NCBI GenBank assembly: GCA_965250005.1
Contig: OZ252279.1
Location: forward strand, 570,001-602,000
Direction: 5' to 3'
From: Demequinaceae bacterium
GTDB taxonomy: Bacteria; Actinomycetota; Actinomycetes; Actinomycetales; Demequinaceae
Length of the DNA: 32,000 nucleotides
The notes beneath the pieces are model-generated. The model was not told the DNA's origin and did not search any database. It saw only the letters and a list, made by a program, of their open reading frames with translations. The translations under genes were made by a program, and so were the position numbers. Below, piece after piece: positions 26,471 through 32,000 of the stretch (position 1 is the first letter of the stretch; every line of letters starts with the position of its first letter).

Positions 26471-28219
26471 ATGCACGTCAGCGTGTGGGCGCCCGGAGCG
26501 AAGCAGGTGCGTGTCCACACCGGCCCGCCTGAGGCACGCGCGATCGCCGACCTTGAGCCACGCGCGTCCTCCGACCGCGACGGGTGGTGGGACGGCCCGC
26601 GCCTGGACCACGGCACGGACTACGCCTTCGAAATCGACGGACGCGGGCCATTCCCGGACCCGCGCAGCAGCCGGCAACCGTACGGCGTTCACGGCTTCTC
26701 TCGCGTGTTCGATTCCGCGCTATTCATGTGGAACGACCGCGCGTGGAAGGGTCGGGACGCCCGCGGCGCCCTCACCTACGAAATGCACGTGGGCACGTTC
26801 ACGCCGCAGGGCACGCTCGACGCGGCGGCCGGGCAGCTCAGCGACCTCGCCAAACTCGGCATCCAGATGGTCGAACTCATGCCGCTCGCGCCCTTTCCCG
26901 GGCGCCACGGATGGGGCTACGACGGCGTATCAATCTGTGCGGTACACGAGGGCTACGGCGGGCCCGCGGCGCTTCAACGGTTTGTCGACAAGGCGCACTC
27001 GAAGGGCATCGGCGTGTGCCTAGACGTGGTCTACAACCACATGGGTCCATCGGGGAATTACCTCAGCCAATTCGGGCCGTACTTCACTGACGCCCACCAC
27101 ACGCCATGGGGCGAGGCCGTGAATCTGGACCAGGCGGGGTCCAGCGAGGTGCGTAAGTATTTCATCGACAACGCAGTGCGATGGTTCGACGCGTTCCACG
27201 TAGACGCCCTACGGCTCGACGCTGTACACGAGCTCAAGGATTCGTCCGACGCGCACTTCCTTGCGGCGCTCTCGCTACGCGTCCGGGGACTCTCGAAGGA
27301 TCTGGGCCGCCCGCTGTCGCTCATCGCCGAATCCGACCTCAATGACGACCGCATGGTCACCCCCGCCGTCCAGGGCGGGCTGGGCATGACCGCGCAGTGG
27401 AACGACGACGTCCACCACGCGCTCCACGCGTACCTCACGGGCGAGCGACACGGGTACTACGTCGATTTTGGGTCGATCGAGACACTCGACAAGGTGTACC
27501 GCGACGTGTTCTGGCACGACGGTAACTTTTCGACATTCCGCGATCGCCACTGGGGACGTCCCATCTCCCCGGAGCGCGACCGCCGGCAGTTCGTGGTGTC
27601 CGCATCGAACCACGACCAGGTGGGCAACCGCGCCCTGGGCGACCGCCCGTCAACCTCGCTGACCCCCGGCGCCCAGGCCGCCTCGCTAGCCTTCATTCTG
27701 CTCGGGCCGTTCACGCCGATGCTGTTCATGGGCGAGGAGTACGGCGAGACGCGGCCGTTCATGTTCTTTACCGATCACGACGATCCCGAGCTTGCCCGGT
27801 CCGTGTCCGACGGCCGCGCACGGGAGTTCGCTGGCCACGGGTGGGACGCGGTCTACGGGGGGCCGATTACCGTTCCCGATCCCCAGGATCCTGACACATA
27901 CCGGCGCTCCAAACTGGGCGCGGGCCTCGCTGCAGGCGGATCTGTCCCAGAACTCCTACGCGAGTGGTTTGCGCACCTCATCGCCGCGCGAGAGCTTCAC
28001 GCACGCGCGTGGGAACGGTTCCCAGCAGGCGTCTCGGAGCGTGCCGATCGGGTGGTGACCATGCACGGTCCTGTAGCCGTTCACGCCAACCTTTCGCCGG
28101 CGCCGGTAGTGTTCGATGGCGTGGCGCCGCTCGCGGTATTCGGCGACGTGACCGTGACGGTCGCGGGCTGCGAGCTCGCCCCCGACGCGGTGATACTAGA
28201 AGATCTAGACGGGTTCTAG
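26471..28219 (+). CDS. treZ: Malto-oligosyltrehalose trehalohydrolase
   Basis: 582 aa from ATG 26471, 2 nt after the treY stop. GH13 motifs present: VYNHMGPSGNYL, DALRLDAVH, IAESDLND and NHDQVGNR. The upstream 46 codons of the track ORF overlap treY and are rejected. Confidence 0.9.
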   Translation: MHVSVWAPGAKQVRVHTGPPEARAIADLEPRASSDRDGWWDGPRLDHGTDYAFEIDGRGPFPDPRSSRQPYGVHGFSRVFDSALFMWNDRAWKGRDARGALTYEMHVGTFTPQGTLDAAAGQLSDLAKLGIQMVELMPLAPFPGRHGWGYDGVSICAVHEGYGGPAALQRFVDKAHSKGIGVCLDVVYNHMGPSGNYLSQFGPYFTDAHHTPWGEAVNLDQAGSSEVRKYFIDNAVRWFDAFHVDALRLDAVHELKDSSDAHFLAALSLRVRGLSKDLGRPLSLIAESDLNDDRMVTPAVQGGLGMTAQWNDDVHHALHAYLTGERHGYYVDFGSIETLDKVYRDVFWHDGNFSTFRDRHWGRPISPERDRRQFVVSASNHDQVGNRALGDRPSTSLTPGAQAASLAFILLGPFTPMLFMGEEYGETRPFMFFTDHDDPELARSVSDGRAREFAGHGWDAVYGGPITVPDPQDPDTYRRSKLGAGLAAGGSVPELLREWFAHLIAARELHARAWERFPAGVSERADRVVTMHGPVAVHANLSPAPVVFDGVAPLAVFGDVTVTVAGCELAPDAVILEDLDGF

Positions 28220-28227
28220 GAGCGGCG

Positions 28228-29094
28228 ATGGCCAAGAGAGCGGATTGGAGCGCGCACCCCAGTGAAACCCTGCGCGTGCACAACGGATTCTCGCTGGCGG
28301 AGTTTGAGCACGGCGCGACGCCTGGCTGGGAGCACGGCGAACGCGCGGCGGTGAAGACAATGAAGCGCCGCGGGAGCACCTTGTCCAATCTCCAGGAAAT
28401 GCTTCACGCCAATGCCAAGGTAGCCGACGGCAGGCGCTCAGTGCTCCTAGTTCTGCAGGGCATGGACACGTCGGGAAAAGGCGGAATCGTCCGGCACGTG
28501 GTCGGCATGGTGGATCCGCAAGGAGTCGCTCACCGCTCGTTCGGTGTCCCCACCGACGAGGAAAACGGCCACCACTATCTGTGGCGCGTTGAGAACGCGC
28601 TGCCCACCGCGGGCAAGATCGGTGTCTTCGACCGATCGCACTTCGAGCAAGTCTTGGTGGTGCGGGTACACAACCTTGTGGAGCCCGCCGTCTGGGGCAC
28701 CTACTACGACGAGCTCAATGCGTTCGAGGCCGAGGTCGCCGCAGGCGGGACCACGATCATCAAGTGCGCCCTCATGGTGTCTCTCGACGAACAACTGCGT
28801 CGCCTCGACGCCAGAATCCACCGAGCCGACAAGCACTGGAAGTACAACCCCGGCGACCTCGACGAGCGCGCGCTGTGGCCCGACTACATGGACGCATACC
28901 AGGAGATGTTCGACCGGTGCTCGACGGACATCGCACCTTGGCATGCGGTCCCCGCAGATAACAAGTGGTTCGCGAGGCTCGCCGTCACGGAACTGCTCAC
29001 CACGGCGATGCAGGGGCTGGACCTGGCGTGGCCTGTGGCGACGTTCGACGTCGAGGCTGAGATCGCGCGCATCGAGGCACTCAAGGGCGAGTAG
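28228..29094 (+). CDS. ppk2: PPK2-family polyphosphate:nucleotide phosphotransferase
   Basis: 288 aa from ATG 28228, with an AGGAG RBS overlapping the treZ stop. It has the PPK2 Walker A LVLQGMDTSGKGG, then HYLWRVENALPTAGKIGVFDRSHFEQVLVVRVH. Confidence 0.85.
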   Translation: MAKRADWSAHPSETLRVHNGFSLAEFEHGATPGWEHGERAAVKTMKRRGSTLSNLQEMLHANAKVADGRRSVLLVLQGMDTSGKGGIVRHVVGMVDPQGVAHRSFGVPTDEENGHHYLWRVENALPTAGKIGVFDRSHFEQVLVVRVHNLVEPAVWGTYYDELNAFEAEVAAGGTTIIKCALMVSLDEQLRRLDARIHRADKHWKYNPGDLDERALWPDYMDAYQEMFDRCSTDIAPWHAVPADNKWFARLAVTELLTTAMQGLDLAWPVATFDVEAEIARIEALKGE

Positions 29095-29112
29095 CTCGCG
29101 GGAATCAGCGAA

Positions 29113-30159
29113 CTAACTTGCGGCTGGCCCCTCGACGGAGGCCATCGCGCATAGCCGCGACAGCGCGCGCAAGTACTTTTTTCGGTACCCGCCGGCGAGC
29201 ATCTCCGCCGGAAAAATCTGCCCGAGCGACGTCCCAGACGCGAGCACACGCACGTTGCGGTCGTACAAACGGTCAACCAGAGCAACCACGCGGAGCGCGC
29301 GGCCCTGATCCCAGAGCTTTTCGACGCCAACCAATCCGGCGAGATCAACACCGTCGACGTAGGCGCCGAACTTGCTAGGGTGCACGTGCAGCAAGTCATC
29401 CAACAGCTCGCCCCATTCGTCGCAGGTCTGAGCCTGCGCCGCGCTGGCCGCGCGAACCTGCGCGTCCGTCGACGGCTCGGGAAAGACCATGTCGCCACGG
29501 TGCCGGTAGTCGGGGCCCTCGATGGTGACGACGGTGAAGGCGTCGGCGAGTGCCTGGATCTCTCTACGAAAGTCGTCCGCCGCGAACCGTCCCTGCCCCA
29601 GCGCGCCCGGCAGAGTATTGGATGTCGCGGCTAGGTGGACTCCCCTGTCAGTGAGCTCTCGCATGAGCCGAGCCATGATGAGCGTGTCACCGGGATCGTC
29701 CAGCTCGAACTCGTCAACGCACACCACTCGGAACGAGCTGAGTGCGTCGCGCGCGGTCGAGAATCCCAGCGCACCCACCAGAGACGTGTAACCCACGAAC
29801 GTTCCGAAAGCCGCAGACCCCGCGTCCGCATGCGCGAGGGCAGCTAACAAATGCGTCTTGCCTACTCCGAAGCCGCCATCAAGATAGATGCCTCGCCCGC
29901 GGCTGGCGCGCTTGCGGCCCACCGCCTCGGCCGCGAACGCCTCGACGCTTGCGCGAGCATCGGCCTGGCTCGGAAACTCAGCGTCAGGTATGTACGAGGC
30001 GAAGGTAGCGCCCGCAAAATGTGGCGGCGGTTTGAGCGCCGCGACGAGGCTAGCGGCCGGGACTTGGGGCCGGCGCCCCGTTAGCTTGTTGCTCACGACG
30101 CTCCACACTACTTCGGGGTACTGTTCACGTGTGACAAACGACACGGCTGGGGGGGCCAC
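29113..30159 (-). CDS. zapE: AFG1/ZapE-family ATPase (cell division protein ZapE)
   Basis: 348 aa with Walker A GIYLDGGFGVGKTHLL, Walker B VVCVDEFELDD, and overall AFG1-like organisation. GTG start at 30159; GTG 30144 is an alternative. Confidence 0.82.
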   Translation of the reverse strand: MAPPAVSFVTREQYPEVVWSVVSNKLTGRRPQVPAASLVAALKPPPHFAGATFASYIPDAEFPSQADARASVEAFAAEAVGRKRASRGRGIYLDGGFGVGKTHLLAALAHADAGSAAFGTFVGYTSLVGALGFSTARDALSSFRVVCVDEFELDDPGDTLIMARLMRELTDRGVHLAATSNTLPGALGQGRFAADDFRREIQALADAFTVVTIEGPDYRHRGDMVFPEPSTDAQVRAASAAQAQTCDEWGELLDDLLHVHPSKFGAYVDGVDLAGLVGVEKLWDQGRALRVVALVDRLYDRNVRVLASGTSLGQIFPAEMLAGGYRKKYLRALSRLCAMASVEGPAAS

Positions 30160-30172
30160 GCTTACCCAAGTA

Positions 30173-30871
30173 GTGCCAGCGACTGCCGAAATTGAGCCCG
30201 ACCCGTCAGAGACTCAACTGCGGGCTCTCTACCAGCATCGACCCGGAACCATCCGCCTTGGGCTGATTGCGTCCAAGGACGGCAAGGCTGCTGGCCCCGA
30301 CGGCTCCTCACGCTCACTCAACGGCGACGCCGACTTGCGGGTGCTGCGCGTTCTTCGCGCCGTCTCCGACGTCGTGGTGGTCGGGGGGAACACGGCACGC
30401 AAGGAACGCTACGGCGTGATTAAGCTCTCCGCCGATCTCGCCAAAGCGCGGCGCCTGCTCAATCAGACGCCCGTCCCCGCGCTCGCGATTGTGACGTACA
30501 CCGGCCACATCCCTCCGGACGTTGACCCGTCGAACACGTGGATCCTCACGTCAGGCGGCTCCCCGGCCATACGACGGCTGGGTGCACAGTGGACGTCTAG
30601 GATCCTGCTCGCAGGCACAGACGTGTTCTCGCCGCGGGGAGCAATCAAGGAACTCGAGAGCCGCGGCCTCAAGCGCATCTTGTGCGAGGGCGGCCCCCGG
30701 CTTGCTGTTCGTTTCATGGACCGCGCAGTCATCAACGACTACTGCCTGACCACCAGCCCAGAATCGGGCGGCGAGACCGGTGCCGAGATCCCCCCGGTGC
30801 CAGCGGGCTTCAGGCTGGCTCACTCGCTCGTCGCCGGCGACTACAAGATGGAGCGCTGGACCAAGTCTTGA
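30173..30871 (+). CDS. RibD C-terminal domain / dihydrofolate-reductase-like pyrimidine reductase family protein
   Basis: IRLGLIASKDGKAAGPDGSSRSLNGDADLRVLRVLRAVSDVVVVGGNTAR...ILCEGGPRLAVRFMDRAVINDYCLTTSP resembles RibD_C reductases. The start is uncertain (GTG 30173 or GTG 30131). The track ORF from 29888 is antisense to zapE and is rejected. Confidence 0.68.
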   Translation: MPATAEIEPDPSETQLRALYQHRPGTIRLGLIASKDGKAAGPDGSSRSLNGDADLRVLRVLRAVSDVVVVGGNTARKERYGVIKLSADLAKARRLLNQTPVPALAIVTYTGHIPPDVDPSNTWILTSGGSPAIRRLGAQWTSRILLAGTDVFSPRGAIKELESRGLKRILCEGGPRLAVRFMDRAVINDYCLTTSPESGGETGAEIPPVPAGFRLAHSLVAGDYKMERWTKS

Positions 30872-30895
30872 GTCCCCGGATCTGGGAGGTGCGCG

Positions 30896-32000
30896 CTACG
30901 CGCCATCGGCCGTGGGGCGCGGGTAGTGCTTGAGGTACTTTCGCCAATAGTTGAGCGTCAGCGCGGCGATTGCAGCCGTCCGCTTGGGAGAGCGATCTGC
31001 CGGCGCGAAAAGCGGTCGCGCGATTCCCCTGCGGGCCGCGGCGATCACACGGCTGCGCAATTCGCGATTCAGCAGGTAGCGCGTGAGTAGACGCAAGGGC
31101 ACCACGGAGTAGAGCAGCTCCTTGGTCGCGCGAACAGGATCGCGTCGGTCGCCTGCAACGTCGGCTGCAACAAAATCGGCGACATTTGCGCCGGCGGCCG
31201 TCACGTAATAGTTGTTTCGGCCGATGCGGGGGTTAACCTCGAAAAACACGTGCTCTCCGGTGCGCGCATCCCGCTTGAAGTCCGCGTTTGCGAATCCCCG
31301 GTAGTCGATCCGATTGAGGTACTCAGTCATCGCATTCATCGCGTCCGCATACGGCTCCGTGAGGATGGCCGCAGGGATTCCCAGGGTTCCAGGAGTGTGT
31401 TCCTCCAACAGCACTCGGCCCGTGCACAGCAGCGTCACGTCGCCGTGCGAGTCCCGATACGCCGTGAGGGAGCGCATCTGCGTCTCGTCGCCAGGGATGA
31501 ATTCCTGCAACAGGAACGTGCCCTTGAAACCGGAGCCGCGCAGCCGCGTGAGGAGGTCGTCCACTTCTTCCCTGGTCTCGAGGTGGTGGATCTTCTTCTT
31601 GCCCTCGAACGACGCGTAGTAGTACTCCGCGCTCGACGAGGGCTTGCCGATCACGGGGTACGTCAAGTGCGCAAGTAGCCCGTTGTCATCCCGCCGCTTC
31701 GCCGTTCCGATGTTGACGGCGACGGTCTCCGGAACAGGAATGCCAAGCGCGTCGCAGTCCTCGTGGAACGCTCGCTTGGACGAGACCCGTGCGAACGCCT
31801 CCGCGCCGCACATGGGGATCGCGTAGTGAGCCGAGAGCGCCTTGCGGTTCTTGATAATGGTCTCTACGTACCAGTCGGCGTTGGACAGCAGGATGAGCTG
31901 CTCGCCGGAGTAGTCACGTGCGACATCGACTAGCGCCTCGACCAGCGCGGCTGAGTCGTTAACGTCGGCCGTTCGCACCTCACAGAGCCTGGTGCTAGCG
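30896..32000 (-). CDS. ATP-grasp domain protein (COG3919-like carboxylate-amine ligase), probably 5'-truncated by the window end
   Basis: ATP-grasp features are present: YPVIGKPSSS, FLLQEFIPGD, and ANADFKRDARTGEHVFFEVNPRIG. The reading frame stays open from the GTG at 31978 to the window edge, so the true start may lie outside. Confidence 0.7.
   Translation of the reverse strand, partial: ASTRLCEVRTADVNDSAALVEALVDVARDYSGEQLILLSNADWYVETIIKNRKALSAHYAIPMCGAEAFARVSSKRAFHEDCDALGIPVPETVAVNIGTAKRRDDNGLLAHLTYPVIGKPSSSAEYYYASFEGKKKIHHLETREEVDDLLTRLRGSGFKGTFLLQEFIPGDETQMRSLTAYRDSHGDVTLLCTGRVLLEEHTPGTLGIPAAILTEPYADAMNAMTEYLNRIDYRGFANADFKRDARTGEHVFFEVNPRIGRNNYYVTAAGANVADFVAADVAGDRRDPVRATKELLYSVVPLRLLTRYLLNRELRSRVIAAARRGIARPLFAPADRSPKRTAAIAALTLNYWRKYLKHYPRPTADGA

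Overview
High-GC actinobacterial chromosomal core region. It is gene-dense, with about 34 CDS and 4 tRNAs. I found no mobile element, CRISPR array, toxin/defence island or other discrete novel system. Most of the window follows the gene order conserved in Actinobacteria. hisS (partial, minus strand) comes first. Next is a membrane-anchored cyclophilin translationally coupled to a DUF349 protein, then an orphan 185-aa ORF. A 16.5-kb co-directional minus-strand block follows: rel, secF, secD, ruvB, ruvA, ruvC, a YebC-family regulator, a 2-TM protein, pdxT, a Nudix hydrolase, pdxS, pimA, the PIM acyltransferase, the PI-phosphate synthase, a HIT protein and thrS. Many of these junctions are overlapping stop/start sites (TAATG, ATGA, GTGGATGA). 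The right third is more accessory-like. It holds a small orphan ORF and an SRPBCC protein in a lower-GC patch, tRNA-Val(CAC), pabC-pabB and a tRNA Gly-Cys-Val(GAC) cluster with a terminator hairpin. After these come a DUF1684 protein, treY-treZ-ppk2, zapE, a RibD_C-type reductase and a partial ATP-grasp enzyme. The points most worth a second look are modest. They are a near-consensus LexA/SOS box in the ruvC-ruvA spacer, a Nudix gene wedged inside the pdxS/pdxT PLP-synthase pair, two 71/75-identical tRNA-Val genes in inverted orientation bracketing pabBC, a lower-GC orphan patch upstream of thrS, and a treYZ-ppk2 arrangement without treX. All functional calls rest on my reading of the supplied translations plus motifs and synteny recalled from memory. 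No database search was run.
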